The notes under the pieces were generated by a model. The model did not search any database and had not been told where the DNA came from. It saw only the letters and a program-made list of their open reading frames with translations. From IMG/VR virus record IMGVR_UViG_3300042542_005523: 64,000 nt of DNA; one strand, written 5' to 3'. Of this stretch, positions 23,501-30,755 are shown one piece after another. The stretch is from a virus. Lineage: Duplodnaviria; Caudoviricetes. The number at the start of each line of letters is the position of its first letter. Position 1 is the first letter of the stretch. The position numbers and the translations under genes are program-made.

Positions 23501-23575
23501 AAAAATCCTAATGTGGGGGGAGGAGCGACTTCCGCACAAATAACTACAGTATCATTTAATTTTACACCTAGCTAA
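11528..23575 (+). CDS. Giant (4015-aa) Ser/Thr-rich Gly-X-Y repeat fibre protein
   Basis: About 230-aa unique N-domain, about 3400 aa of G-(S/T)-(S/T/V/A) triplets, an embedded ~120-aa globular domain (~22375-22740), a further short repeat, and a ~140-aa C-terminal domain. Confidence 0.85.
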   Translation: MLTDNLFSGIVDFTDGSLSSLVGITGSATYGSSVITGVDSTIIPGLTAGLSVRALPEGILNPSTTIVSLGSNTVEFSNPVGYTGSANFYIELSSGNYLLNNALFVDVNNIYNVGDIPDYQIGATGGLVISPFAIYTQGRYNDQKNLKAIYEKYIITKVLSRNTVTNRFSAIVTWGFSGSAPTSVNTGQTVLPITQLSPNNLLPPIIDYRAFSYKNLPEGQPFNQEILKVLDSGGSGGSGGSGTSGTSGSSGSSGTSGTSGSSGTSGTDGSSGTSGTDGSSGTSGTSGTDGSSGTSGTSGSSGSSGESGSSGSSGESGTSGSSGSSGESGSSGSSGESGTSGTSGSSGTSGSSGTSGESGSSGTSGESGTSGTSGSSGTSGSSGTSGESGTSGSSGESGTSGSSGTSGSSGTSGESGTSGSSGESGTSGSSGTSGSSGTSGESGTSGTSGSSGTSGSSGSSGESGTSGSSGTSGSSGSAGSSGSTGTSGSSGTGGSSGSSGSSGSSGSTGSSGSSGSSGTSGSTGTSGTSGSSGSSGSSGSSGTSGSSGSVGTSGTSGSSGSVGTSGTSGTSGTSGSVGTSGTSGSSGSSGSSGNSGSSGTSGTSGTSGSSGSVGTSGTSGSSGSSGTSGSSGSTGTSGTSGSSGSVGTSGSSGSSGSSGSSGISGSSGSSGSAGSSGSTGTSGTSGTSGSSGSVGTSGTSGSSGLSGSSGSSGSTGTSGSTGTSGSSGSVGTSGTSGSSGSSGSVGTSGSSGSAGTSGTSGSSGSSGTSGTSGTGGTSGSSGSVGTSGTSGTSGSSGTSGSSGSSGSSGSSGSSGSSGTSGSTGTSGSSGTSGTSGSSGSAGSSGSSGSVGTSGSSGSSGSYGSSGTSGSSGSSGSTGSSGSSGITGSSGTSGSSGTSGSSGSSGSSGSTGSSGTSGTSGTSGTSGSSGSTGTSGSTGTSGSSGSSGSSGSSGLTGSSGTSGSSGTSGSSGSSGSSGSSGSTGSSGTSGSSGTSGSSGSSGSSGSSGSVGTSGTSGSSGSSGSSGSVGTSGTSGSSGSSGSSGNTGSSGTSGSSGTSGSSGSSGSSGSSGSSGTSGSSGTSGSSGSSGSSGSSGSSGSSGSSGSVGTSGTSGSSGSSGSSGVNGSSGTSGSSGTSGSSGSSGSSGSSGSSGTSGSSGSSGSSGSTGSSGSAGTSGSVGTSGSSGSSGSSGSTGSSGTSGSSGSVGTSGSSGSSGSSGSSGSTGSSGTSGNSGTSGTSGSTGSSGTSGSSGSTGSSGSSGSSGSVGTSGSSGTSGSTGTSGTSGSSGSSGSSGSSGSSGTSGTSGSVGTSGSSGSSGSTGTSGSSGSSGSSGSSGTSGSSGSVGTSGTSGTSGSSGSSGSAGTSGSVGTSGTSGSSGSSGSSGSTGSSGTSGSSGSSGSAGTSGSSGSSGSTGSRGTSGTSGSSGSVGTSGTSGSVGTSGTSGTSGSSGSSGSAGSSGSVGTSGTSGSSGSVGTSGSSGTTGTSGTSGSSGSSGSVGTSGTSGTSGTSGSSGSSGNSGSSGTSGTSGSTGSSGSSGSSGSVGTSGSSGSSGSSGSTGSSGSTGTSGSSGTSGSSGTSGTSGTSGSSGSVGTSGTSGSSGSSGSTGTSGTSGSSGSSGSAGSSGSTGTSGTSGSSGSVGTSGTSGSSGSSGSSGSTGSSGSSGTSGSSGSSGSVGTSGSSGSTGSSGSSGSTGTSGSAGSSGSSGSSGSSGSTGTSGSSGTSGSSGSSGSTGSSGTSGSVGTSGTSGTSGSTGSSGSSGTSGSSGSSGSSGSTGTSGTSGSSGSSGSSGSSGSSGTSGSSGSSGSSGSTGSSGSSGSSGSSGSSGTSGSSGSSGSSGSTGTSGSSGSSGTSGSSGSSGSSGSSGSSGSSGSTGSRGTSGSSGTSGTSGTSGSVGTSGTSGSTGTSGSSGSVGTSGTSGSSGSTGSSGTSGSSGSSGSSGSTGSSGSSGTSGSSGSSGTSGSSGSVGTSGSSGSSGSSGSSGSTGSSGTSGSSGSSGSVGTSGTSGSVGTSGTSGSSGSSGSTGSSGTSGSSGSTGSSGSSGSTGTSGSSGTSGSSGSSGSAGSSGSAGTSGSVGTSGTSGSSGSSGSSGSVGTSGTSGTSGSSGSSGSAGSSGSTGSSGSAGSAGTSGVNGSSGTSGSAGSSGSSGSSGSVGTSGTSGTSGSSGSAGSSGSSGSVGTSGSSGTSGSSGSSGSAGSSGSTGTSGSSGSTGTSGSSGTSGTSGSSGSSGSSGSSGSAGTSGTSGSSGSTGSSGSAGTSGTSGSSGSSGSSGSSGSAGTSGSSGSTGSSGSSGTSGSTGSSGSSGTSGSSGTSGSSGSSGSTGSSGSSGSSGSSGSTGSRGTSGTSGSSGTSGTSGTSGSSGSSGSSGSSGSTGTSGSAGTSGSSGSSGSSGSAGSSGSSGSAGSSGSVGTSGSSGTSGSSGSSGSSGSSGSAGTSGSVGTSGSSGSSGSSGSSGSSGSTGSRGTSGTSGTSGSSGSSGSAGTSGSVGTSGSSGSAGSSGSSGSSGTSGSSGTSGSSGSSGSTGSSGSSGSVGTSGSSGSSGSSGSSGSSGTSGANGSSGTSGSSGSSGSSGSSGSSGSAGTSGANGSSGTSGSSGSSGSAGSSGSSGTSGSSGSSGSSGSTGSRGTSGSSGTSGTSGSAGSSGSSGSSGSVGTSGSSGSAGSSGTSGSTGTSGSSGSSGVTGSSGTSGSSGSSGSSGSSGSVGTSGSSGTSGSSGSSGSSGSSGSSGSSGSTGSRGTSGSTGTSGSAGTSGSSGSSGSSGLSGVDGTNGTSGSSGSSGVNGSSGSSGTSGSSGSSGSAGSSGSAGTSGSVGTSGSSGSSGSSGSSGSSGSTGSRGTSGSSGTSGSSGSSGSSGSSGSSGVSGSSGTSGSSGSSGSSGSSGSSGTSGSTGTSGSSGSSGSTGTSGSSGTSGSSGSSGSSGSSGSSGSSGTSGANGSSGTSGSSGSSGSSGSSGSAGTSGANGSSGTSGSSGSAGSSGSSGSSGSVGTSGSSGSSGSAGTSGSSGSSGSSGSSGSTGSRGTSGTSGTSGTSGANGSSGTSGSSGSSGSAGSSGSSGSTGTSGSSGSSGSSGSSGSTGSSGSSGTSGSSGSSGSSGSSGSAGTSGANGSSGTSGSSGSSGSAGSSGSSGTSGANGSSGTSGSSGSSGSAGSSGSSGSTGTSGSSGSSGSSGSAGSSGSTGSRGTSGTSGTSGSAGSSGSSGSSGTSGANGSSGTSGTSGSSGSSGSSGSSGSAGTSGANGSSGTSGSSGSSGSSGSSGSSGSSGTSGANGSSGTSGSSGTSGSSGSSGSSGSSGSSGINGSSGTSGSSGSTGSSGSSGSSGSSGTSGSSGTSGSSGSSGSSGSSGSTGSRGTSGSSGTSGSAGSSGSSGSTGSSGTSGSSGSSGSSGLTGSSGTSGSSGSSGSTGSSGSAGSSGSSGTSGANGSSGTSGSSGSSGSAGSSGSSGSTGSSGSSGSSGSAGSSGSTGSRGTSGTSGTSGTSGSAGSSGTSGANGSSGTSGSSGSSGSAGSSGSSGSSGTSGSAGSSGSSGSSGTSGTSGSSGSSGSSGITGSSGTSGSSGSAGSSGSGGSSGTSGSSGTSGSAGSSGSSGITGSSGTSGSSGSSGSAGSSGTSGSSGSAGSSGISGNDSSNSGRWGYASGGGVPGSGRFSASSSTLSSVIGFAVNDLDINSTDYDEWWLTAEGLVSGGNGIYLQVTQVGSNNIIGLYSVSAINDNTTYWSITVKFIAGSGSMTNAENYTISWVYNGADGPSGSSGTSGSSGSSGSSGSSGIAGSSGTSGSSGSSGSSGSSGSSGIAGSSGTSGSSGSSGSTGSRGTSGSSGSSGSSGSSGSTGSRGTSGSSGSSGTSGSSGSSGSSGSSGSTGSRGTSGTSGTSGSSGTSSTVYVGNANGAGITNGARGSIYLGGTPVAMVAVTAGDYGGGATDFMPGYPMPAGTASKMRVITRSANPALNSLEVYVANATTSTLGAKVTIAAGSAAGVYTTDDGTTVTYSVGDRLYCIAKNPNVGGGATSAQITTVSFNFTPS
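12221..23140 (+). repeat. Low-complexity 9-nt-period (Gly-X-Y) coding repeat
   Basis: Units such as ggttcaagt, ggaacatca, ggtagttca with shuffled synonymous codons; interrupted only by the unique domain at ~22375-22740. Confidence 0.95.
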
Positions 23576-23820
23576 TGGAATACACATACAAACAAATAGA
23601 AAATGGCGATTGGCAATTACTTGTTATTGTAAATGAAATACCTATTGTGTTCATTCTATCTGAAGACCTTATAGGTACTGAAGATACACCTCCTAGGGGT
23701 TTACCTGAACATATACAAATGATACAAGATTTTAAAGATGTTTCTAAACTAGAATATTTTATTCAACTTTTAATAGATAACCCTGGTACAGCATTTTCTA
23801 TATATAATAATTTTGAATGA
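23575..23820 (+). CDS. Small hypothetical protein (possible fibre chaperone)
   Basis: 81-aa ORF; its ATG overlaps the fibre stop (TAATG). Confidence 0.6.
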   Translation: MEYTYKQIENGDWQLLVIVNEIPIVFILSEDLIGTEDTPPRGLPEHIQMIQDFKDVSKLEYFIQLLIDNPGTAFSIYNNFE

Positions 23821-23844
23821 TTCTGAAGTACTATAAAACTATAA

Positions 23845-24240
23845 TCTAAGATAAATAATAATATTATAACTTATAGAGGTTTTGGATACCAATATTGGTC
23901 TTATGAAAAGATTGATGATATGTGTGTTCATATCTATATGTGAGATGGAATATATGCATTTATGGGTAATAATACTATAATTAATAAGGTACTTTGTATA
24001 AATTCAGACGAGATAATAAGTTATCTACCGTAATATAGCATAGCAACATTAAGATCCTTCGCATATAATACTGTTTCAACAATAGGTACTGATGTAGAGG
24101 ATATTGCAGGATTGGATGTGAAGATAAGAGCGGATAACACAAACGATTCATTGAAAATAGAGGCTAAAGGAGCGGGTGAGGATATAAGATGGACCGCTTA
24201 TATAGAGGGTGTTGGGATAGCGGTTTCTATAGTTCAGTAA
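23845..24240 (+). pseudogene. Degraded frame ending in a phage fibre C-terminal-like domain remnant
   Basis: One frame with stops at 23941 (TGA) and 24031 (TAA). The distal part reads AYNTVSTIGTDVEDIAGLDVKIRADNTNDSLKIEAKGAGEDIRWTAYIEGVGIAVSIVQ* with no ATG start; it resembles the TIGTDxED...ADxTN..L.I....IRW fibre-end motif. Confidence 0.55.
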
Positions 24241-24245
24241 CAAAC

Positions 24246-24274
24246 GAAACAAAGATACCTCTTAATTGTATAAT
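24246..24274 (+). promoter_or_regulatory. Candidate middle promoter GAAAC-N18-TATAAT upstream of the glycosylation cluster
   Basis: GAAAC 24246-24250, TATAAT 24269-24274. This places the real start at GTG 24290 rather than TTG 24266. Confidence 0.7.
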
Positions 24275-24289
24275 AAGGAAAGGTACTTC

Positions 24290-27052
24290 GTGAAGAAATT
24301 ATTGATAATAACCCCCCACCTATCGACTGGGGGATTACCGCAAGTTACGACAAACAAAATCCAACTTCTAAAGGATGATTACATCATTAAATGTATAGAA
24401 TACGGATGTTATTCATGGGATTTTGTTGTTCAGAAGAACCGTATCAAGAATTTGATCGGTGAGGAAAATCTTATTACATTATGGGATGATAAGAATGTTT
24501 TGATTAATGTTATTGACGAATTCCAACCTGATATTATATCTATGGAGGAATTCCCTGAATTTTTCATGGATAGCAATATCACAAGACAAATCTATAAAAA
24601 GGATCGCCAGTATAAAATCTTTGAAACCACACACGACTCAAGTTTCAACCCAAGATCTAAAGTTTGGCTCCCCGATAAGTTTATCTTCGTTAGTGTGTTT
24701 AATGCTATACAGTATTCAATGTTTGATGTACCTTATGATGTCATTGAATACCCTATTGAAAACAGGGAGAAGAGGAAGGACTTGTTCCAAGAAAAACTTG
24801 GGTTAGATAAGGGATGGAAACATGTTGTTAATGTTGGGTTATTCACTGAAAGGAAGAATCAAAAATACATTTTTGAAATTGCTCGTAAGTTAGAAAATGC
24901 TAAAATTAAATTTCATTTTATTGGTAATCAGGCGGATAACTTTAAGAGTTATTGGGAACCATTGATGAATAATAAACCTGAAAACTGTATTGTTTGGGGC
25001 GAAAAAGATAATGTATCTGAATTTTTGGAAGCGTCTGATTTATTCATGTTCCCATCAAAAGGAGATAGAGATAATAAGGAGTTAAACCCAATTGCTATTA
25101 AGGAAGCCATTGAATATGGTATTCCGATGATGATGTATAATCTTGATGTGTATTGTGGGAAATATGATAAACTATCCCATGTTAAATTTTTGACTGGTGA
25201 TATAGATAATGACGTAAATAATATGATTGATATTTTAAATGTGGGAGGTGTTGATTCACCAGGTGTTGATTCACCAGGTGTTGATTCACCATTCAGTTTT
25301 GTATTTAATAGTGATAATAATGAGATTATCATAAATTATACAGGTAATGAAAAGTTAAATCTTAGTGTTAGTGATTTAAATAATATTATGAATATTTTAA
25401 ATGTGGCAGATATCTATTCCCTATTCAATTTTGGATTCGATGGGGAAACTAATCAGGTTACCATAAATTATACAGGTAATGAAAAGTTAAACTTTAATGT
25501 TAGTATTAGGGACATGACATCAAGGGCTCCTATGTACTGGTTTAATCTACCCTTGGAGTACCCAATATTTTATTGGACAATACCTATACCAATTCACATT
25601 AAGAAATTTAAAGACAATCCTAATTTTAGAGGATTTTTGGTTGAGTTTTATGATGGGGAAACAAACGAATTGGTTTTTGACCACGACTTAATTGTTAATA
25701 GTAATTTCTTCCCAAAAATACCTGAGTTTAAATTCAAACCTTTGGATTGTAACTACATTAATTATTGTGAGTTCTTTGTTGATAGATGTTTTGATGATTT
25801 GAGATTAGAAAATCTTGACACAGTAATTGATATTGGGGCTAATGTTGGACTGTTTGCTAAGTATATGTATTCTGTGAACGCTAAGAAGGTTATCTTAGTT
25901 GAGGCTAATCCATACCTAAGAGAAAGTATTGAATACCATTTAGATACGGATTTAGAAAAATCAGTTATCTATATGAATCCAGTTTATAAAGAACACACTA
26001 AAATTGATTTTAGATTCTCAACGGAAAACTCAACAATTGGTTCAAATGTTTTTGATAGTAACGTGGGAGAATACGGACAACTTAGTAATTTAATCAGTTG
26101 TGACACTATCACTATTGATGATATCTACAAGGATAACGACTATGGTAGAATATCATTATTTAAATGCGATATTGAAGGTGGTGAATATCCTATTTTTGAA
26201 TCAATTACTGATGAACAGATTGGACTAGTTGATAGATTTATGGTTGAGTTCCACGAAAATACCGATGGACAGATTAATATTATACTTGAGAAATTAGATA
26301 GAAATAATTTTGAGTATGACATTATTGTTTATGAGATGGGTCGGAAAATTAGAGCAGATAGAAATTCTAAACATGGTGTTATCTTTGCTAAACCGAAAAA
26401 TGTTAAATTAAGGAAACCAGGTACTTTATCATCATCAGTTTATGATGTTACAAAAAGTTTTGAAGAACGATTGGCGGAATATACAGGAGCACCATATGCG
26501 GTTACTATTGATAACCAAAGTAACGCTCTGTTCTTGGCTTTGTATTATGAAAAGATTACAGGTAAAACAATTAAAATACCAAGTAGAACATATCCTTCGG
26601 TTCCTTGTGAGGTTATCCACGCTGGGGGTAAGGTTGAATTTGAACCTGTTTATGGGTCAACATTAAAAGGACCTTATCAGTTATCACCGACAAATGTATG
26701 GGATTCAGCATTAAGGTTTACTACCGACATGTATATACCAGGAACACATATGTGTTTATCATTTACAGGTCCATACAAACACCTAAAACTTGGTAAGGGT
26801 GGAGCAATCTTAACTGACGACTTTGAGGCTTATAAGTGGTTTAAGAGAGCTAGATATTCAGGTAGAAATGAAGTTTCGTATCATGATGATAATTTTGATA
26901 TGTTAGGATGGAATTTTTATATGATGCCTGAAATTGCGTCAAGAGGATTGTTACTTATGAACCAATTTTATAATATGGACGGGACACCTAAACATAATGA
27001 GGATTTGGAATTACCATACCCTGACTTATCAAAATTTGATGTTTATAAATGA
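24290..27052 (+). CDS. Fusion: GT4 (GT-B) glycosyltransferase + FkbM methyltransferase + DegT-type PLP aminotransferase
   Basis: GT4: LLIITPHLSTGG, VNVGLFTERKNQ, LFMFPS, ELNPIAIKEAIEYG. FkbM: VIDIGANVGLF, FKCDIEGGE. DegT: FEERLAEYTGAPYAV..., WDSA, SFTGPYKHLKLGKGGAILTDD. Confidence 0.8.
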   Translation: MKKLLIITPHLSTGGLPQVTTNKIQLLKDDYIIKCIEYGCYSWDFVVQKNRIKNLIGEENLITLWDDKNVLINVIDEFQPDIISMEEFPEFFMDSNITRQIYKKDRQYKIFETTHDSSFNPRSKVWLPDKFIFVSVFNAIQYSMFDVPYDVIEYPIENREKRKDLFQEKLGLDKGWKHVVNVGLFTERKNQKYIFEIARKLENAKIKFHFIGNQADNFKSYWEPLMNNKPENCIVWGEKDNVSEFLEASDLFMFPSKGDRDNKELNPIAIKEAIEYGIPMMMYNLDVYCGKYDKLSHVKFLTGDIDNDVNNMIDILNVGGVDSPGVDSPGVDSPFSFVFNSDNNEIIINYTGNEKLNLSVSDLNNIMNILNVADIYSLFNFGFDGETNQVTINYTGNEKLNFNVSIRDMTSRAPMYWFNLPLEYPIFYWTIPIPIHIKKFKDNPNFRGFLVEFYDGETNELVFDHDLIVNSNFFPKIPEFKFKPLDCNYINYCEFFVDRCFDDLRLENLDTVIDIGANVGLFAKYMYSVNAKKVILVEANPYLRESIEYHLDTDLEKSVIYMNPVYKEHTKIDFRFSTENSTIGSNVFDSNVGEYGQLSNLISCDTITIDDIYKDNDYGRISLFKCDIEGGEYPIFESITDEQIGLVDRFMVEFHENTDGQINIILEKLDRNNFEYDIIVYEMGRKIRADRNSKHGVIFAKPKNVKLRKPGTLSSSVYDVTKSFEERLAEYTGAPYAVTIDNQSNALFLALYYEKITGKTIKIPSRTYPSVPCEVIHAGGKVEFEPVYGSTLKGPYQLSPTNVWDSALRFTTDMYIPGTHMCLSFTGPYKHLKLGKGGAILTDDFEAYKWFKRARYSGRNEVSYHDDNFDMLGWNFYMMPEIASRGLLLMNQFYNMDGTPKHNEDLELPYPDLSKFDVYK
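25247..25291 (+). repeat. Perfect 15-bp tandem repeat x3 (GVDSP)
   Basis: ggtgttgattcacca at 25247, 25262 and 25277. Confidence 0.95.
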
Positions 27053-27675
27053 TAGTTGGATTCAATGAATATAAACACAAGTATCAATTTAATGTTATAG
27101 GTGTAATTCATGTTGGGGCTCATGTTGGTCAAGAATATAATGAATATATTGAAACATTTGGTTTAATCCCTACATATTGGTTTGAACCAATACCACATGT
27201 TTATAAAGAACTATCAAAAAATTTAGATGGGAAACCTAACACATTTTATTATAATGTTGCGATAGGTGAAAAAATTGGTATACATAAAATGTATCTTGAT
27301 GATGGTAACGGACAACAAAGTTCATCGTTATTAAAACCAAAAGAACATCAAAATTTTTATCCCCATATCAAATTTAGTGAAGAAAACACTATTAATATTA
27401 CCTTGAATACATTAGATTTTTATGGTATAGATAGTTGTAATGTTTTAGTTTTAGATACTCAGGGGTATGAGTTAAATGCTCTTAAGGGTTCAATTAATAC
27501 CTTAAAGAATATTGATTATATATTCACAGAATTTAATGATATTGAAATGTATGATGGTTGTCCATCAATTGAACAACTTGATGAATTTTTACAACCTTTT
27601 GGGTTTTACAGACAAGAAACATGGAATGTTGATGGAGTATGGGGTGATGCATTTTACTTAAAAAAATATGATTAA
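27049..27675 (+). CDS. FkbM-family methyltransferase
   Basis: GVIHVGAHVGQE, WFEP, NVAIG, LVLDTQGYEL, IFTEF motifs. Confidence 0.85.
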   Translation: MIVGFNEYKHKYQFNVIGVIHVGAHVGQEYNEYIETFGLIPTYWFEPIPHVYKELSKNLDGKPNTFYYNVAIGEKIGIHKMYLDDGNGQQSSSLLKPKEHQNFYPHIKFSEENTINITLNTLDFYGIDSCNVLVLDTQGYELNALKGSINTLKNIDYIFTEFNDIEMYDGCPSIEQLDEFLQPFGFYRQETWNVDGVWGDAFYLKKYD

Positions 27676-28255
27676 AAAAGCTTTTATCGGTAATGGGGGA
27701 CATTTGAGAGAGGTAATCGCTCATACGAGATATGATGTTACTAGATTTGTTGAAGACGAATACTTCAACGGGGAACATAATACATTACCGTTATCGCAAT
27801 TCGATCCAAAAGAGTATTCTATTATGATTGCAATTGCTGACAGTCAGGTTAGAGCAAGAATTCAAAAATCATTGCCCGAAGACACCAGATATTTTTCATT
27901 CATCGATCCATCGGCAATTCTTTTGGATAGAAATATTGTAATCGGTGAAGGTTCATTTATTGGTGCAAATTGTGTAATAACTACTAATGTTAGTATTGGT
28001 AATCATTCAATTTTAAATAGAAATGTTAATATCGGACATGATTCGGTAATAGGTGATTTTTTTAGTGCTATGGCGGGGTCCGTAGTGTCAGGGAACGTTT
28101 CAATTGGCAATAATTGTTATATGGGTAACAATTCATCAATCCGTGAAAAAACAACTATTTGTGATGATGTGGTAATTGGGATGAATGGAAGTGTTGTTAA
28201 GAATATCGATAAACCTGGAACTTATGTTGGAGTTCCTGTTAATAAAATTAAATAA
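27668..28255 (+). CDS. Sugar O/N-acyltransferase, NeuD/PglD-like (hexapeptide repeat)
   Basis: FIGNGGHLREV, IAIAD...R, then hexapeptide repeats (IGEGSFIGANCVIT, IGNHSILN, IGHDSVIGD). Confidence 0.85.
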   Translation: MIKKAFIGNGGHLREVIAHTRYDVTRFVEDEYFNGEHNTLPLSQFDPKEYSIMIAIADSQVRARIQKSLPEDTRYFSFIDPSAILLDRNIVIGEGSFIGANCVITTNVSIGNHSILNRNVNIGHDSVIGDFFSAMAGSVVSGNVSIGNNCYMGNNSSIREKTTICDDVVIGMNGSVVKNIDKPGTYVGVPVNKIK

Positions 28256-29991
28256 TGGAAAAATTACTTTCGGTTATAGTTCCGGCATATAATTTTGAAA
28301 AATACCTTGAAGAGTGTATAGATTCAATTTACAACCAAAAAATTATCTACGGATATGAGGTAATTGTTAGAGATGATTGTTCAAAAGATAATACTAAAGA
28401 TGTTTTAGTTAAACTAAAAGAAAAATACACCGATTTAAGAGTATTAAATGGTGATGTTAATTTGGGAGCGTTAGAAAATATAAGAACTTTATTAGATGCT
28501 TGTACGACAAAATATATCGCATATATTGATGGTGATGATTATTTTGACAATTATACAATTTTGAATGAAGAGGTTGAATTTTTAGAGAATAGCCCAAATT
28601 ATAGTATGGTATGTACCGGAACTAGATATTTGTATCCTAACGGGGCAAGAGTACCAGTAGTAACTGAGTTATTTATTAGCTCATTTCTTGACGATGTTAC
28701 AACGGATGACTTACTTACAATCAATCACGCTTCATTTGCGAGAGTGTTTAGAAACATACCAAATTTAATAAAAGATTACTTCAAAAATCTACCCTATGTT
28801 GATTGGCCACTTAACTATGAAATTAGTAAACATGGTTTAATTAAATGTATTCATAAGTGTGGTGGAATTTATAGAATATCTAATGATGGTATGTTCTCAA
28901 ATGTGTCTGAAGAGGAAAAAAACAAAAAAAATTCAATAGTTATTAATGAACTTAAAAGACAACATCTTAAAAATGATTTCAAAACAATAACTATAGTTGA
29001 TTGTTTTATTCATAATGAAAACGTTTTAGGTAAATTGGAGTTATGTATAAATAACTTAAAAAAATATAATCATACAATACTTTTGGTATCTAATACAATT
29101 GTGCCTGAACATATAATAAAAAATGTTGATTATCATCTATATAATTCTAATAATATTCTTTTTGAGGGTGAGTATACTGATTCAGAGCCAGTTGTATTTT
29201 GGAAAAAAGTCAATGGATTAACAATTTACGAAGTTATTAATACAATACAAAAACATGGATTACCTGTTATGGTTAATCTATTTAATTCATTGGACTTATG
29301 TAAATCACTTGGATTTACTCACTTCCAAAGAATCGAAGTTGATGATTTATATACTGACGAAGGTTATGAACATATGAGAAGTGTTCCTTTGATTTGTTCT
29401 GAGAAAAATAAAAAGGGTGTGTTCTATTTTAATGAAGGTAAAGATGTATCATTTCACTATTTTTATTGCGAGATAGAGTATTTCCAACAGATAATAAATA
29501 GAGTTAGTTGTGAAGAAGATTATAAAAATTATTTATTAACTCACGGATATGGTACTGATTTCATAAATGTTGAAAAATATCTATACGATAACATAAACAG
29601 GAATGATCCCGGTTTATTAATAAGAAAGGATGGTGAGGAAGAAATGAACTCTGATTTTTACGGAACATTATGGAATACAGAAACTACAGGTAGTAACGTA
29701 TCGTCTAAATTTAGAGGATGTTCAAGTAAACTTTATAAGATATTAGGACAAGAGCCTATAATGTTATTATCTTATAATTATAATAATTTTAGGTCCGAGA
29801 GAAAAATAATTGTAAATTACGTGGATAATACTTCTGGAGTGTTTTATCACGGTTTAGATAATTACGGACATTGGTCATTTAATATTTTTGAAAATGAAAT
29901 TGAAAAAATATTAGTATACGATAGTCAAACTGACGAATTTTTATATGAAATAATAAACGAAAACATTGTTGATTATATCGTTTTTTTATGA
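28255..29991 (+). CDS. GT2 glycosyltransferase with additional C-terminal domain
   Basis: LSVIVPAYNFEKYLEECIDSI, VRDDCSKD, YIAYIDGDDY. Confidence 0.85.
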   Translation: MEKLLSVIVPAYNFEKYLEECIDSIYNQKIIYGYEVIVRDDCSKDNTKDVLVKLKEKYTDLRVLNGDVNLGALENIRTLLDACTTKYIAYIDGDDYFDNYTILNEEVEFLENSPNYSMVCTGTRYLYPNGARVPVVTELFISSFLDDVTTDDLLTINHASFARVFRNIPNLIKDYFKNLPYVDWPLNYEISKHGLIKCIHKCGGIYRISNDGMFSNVSEEEKNKKNSIVINELKRQHLKNDFKTITIVDCFIHNENVLGKLELCINNLKKYNHTILLVSNTIVPEHIIKNVDYHLYNSNNILFEGEYTDSEPVVFWKKVNGLTIYEVINTIQKHGLPVMVNLFNSLDLCKSLGFTHFQRIEVDDLYTDEGYEHMRSVPLICSEKNKKGVFYFNEGKDVSFHYFYCEIEYFQQIINRVSCEEDYKNYLLTHGYGTDFINVEKYLYDNINRNDPGLLIRKDGEEEMNSDFYGTLWNTETTGSNVSSKFRGCSSKLYKILGQEPIMLLSYNYNNFRSERKIIVNYVDNTSGVFYHGLDNYGHWSFNIFENEIEKILVYDSQTDEFLYEIINENIVDYIVFL

Positions 29992-30755
29992 TCGGATTAA
30001 CTATAACCACCTGTAAAAGAATTGATTTGTTTGAAAAGACAATATTAACATTTGTAAGTGAATGTGAAGATTGTAATTCAATTGATGTCATAATTCATTA
30101 CGATGATTCATCATCTTTGGATGATAGAAATAAAATGTTTACATTATTGAATACATTATTTACTGACACTTTAATAATATCTAAAAGATTTAATCCAAAT
30201 TCGTTTAACACTAATCGAAGACATTTAGAGATAATGAAAAAATGGAAAGAAGACATAAAATTTTTTAATGTGGATTATGTTTTTCATTTAGAAGATGACT
30301 GGTTATTTGAAAACAAATTTAGTATCCAAGAGGGTGTTGAATTATTAAAGAATAATGATGAAATTGCTATGGTTGGATTTTCATGGAAAAGAAAGATATT
30401 CCCGAAAGAATTATTTGAACCAAGGATTATTGGTAATTTTTGGGAGTGGTATTATTCTGATAAACATTATCTGAATGAACCTTTGTTTAATGATACGGTT
30501 GAAGAAACTTTACACGCAGATAAAGGAATGTGGATTAAATATATTAATTGGCCTTACTTCGGATTTAGACCGGCAATACATGATGTTAATAAATTAAATC
30601 AAATTGAAAATTTTAACGATAATATGGATTCTTTTGAGTTGGAATTTGCAATAAGGTTTGCAAAAAAATTCAAATCGTTTTTACATTTGGAAAAAATTTG
30701 TTATCATATTGGTGATGAAAATTCATCATATAATTTAAATAATTCTTTAAGATAA
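29988..30755 (+). CDS. GT-A fold glycosyltransferase (GT2-like)
   Basis: ITTCKR, HYDDSS, YVFHLEDDW (DxD-like), HIG motif. Confidence 0.7.
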   Translation: MIGLTITTCKRIDLFEKTILTFVSECEDCNSIDVIIHYDDSSSLDDRNKMFTLLNTLFTDTLIISKRFNPNSFNTNRRHLEIMKKWKEDIKFFNVDYVFHLEDDWLFENKFSIQEGVELLKNNDEIAMVGFSWKRKIFPKELFEPRIIGNFWEWYYSDKHYLNEPLFNDTVEETLHADKGMWIKYINWPYFGFRPAIHDVNKLNQIENFNDNMDSFELEFAIRFAKKFKSFLHLEKICYHIGDENSSYNLNNSLR

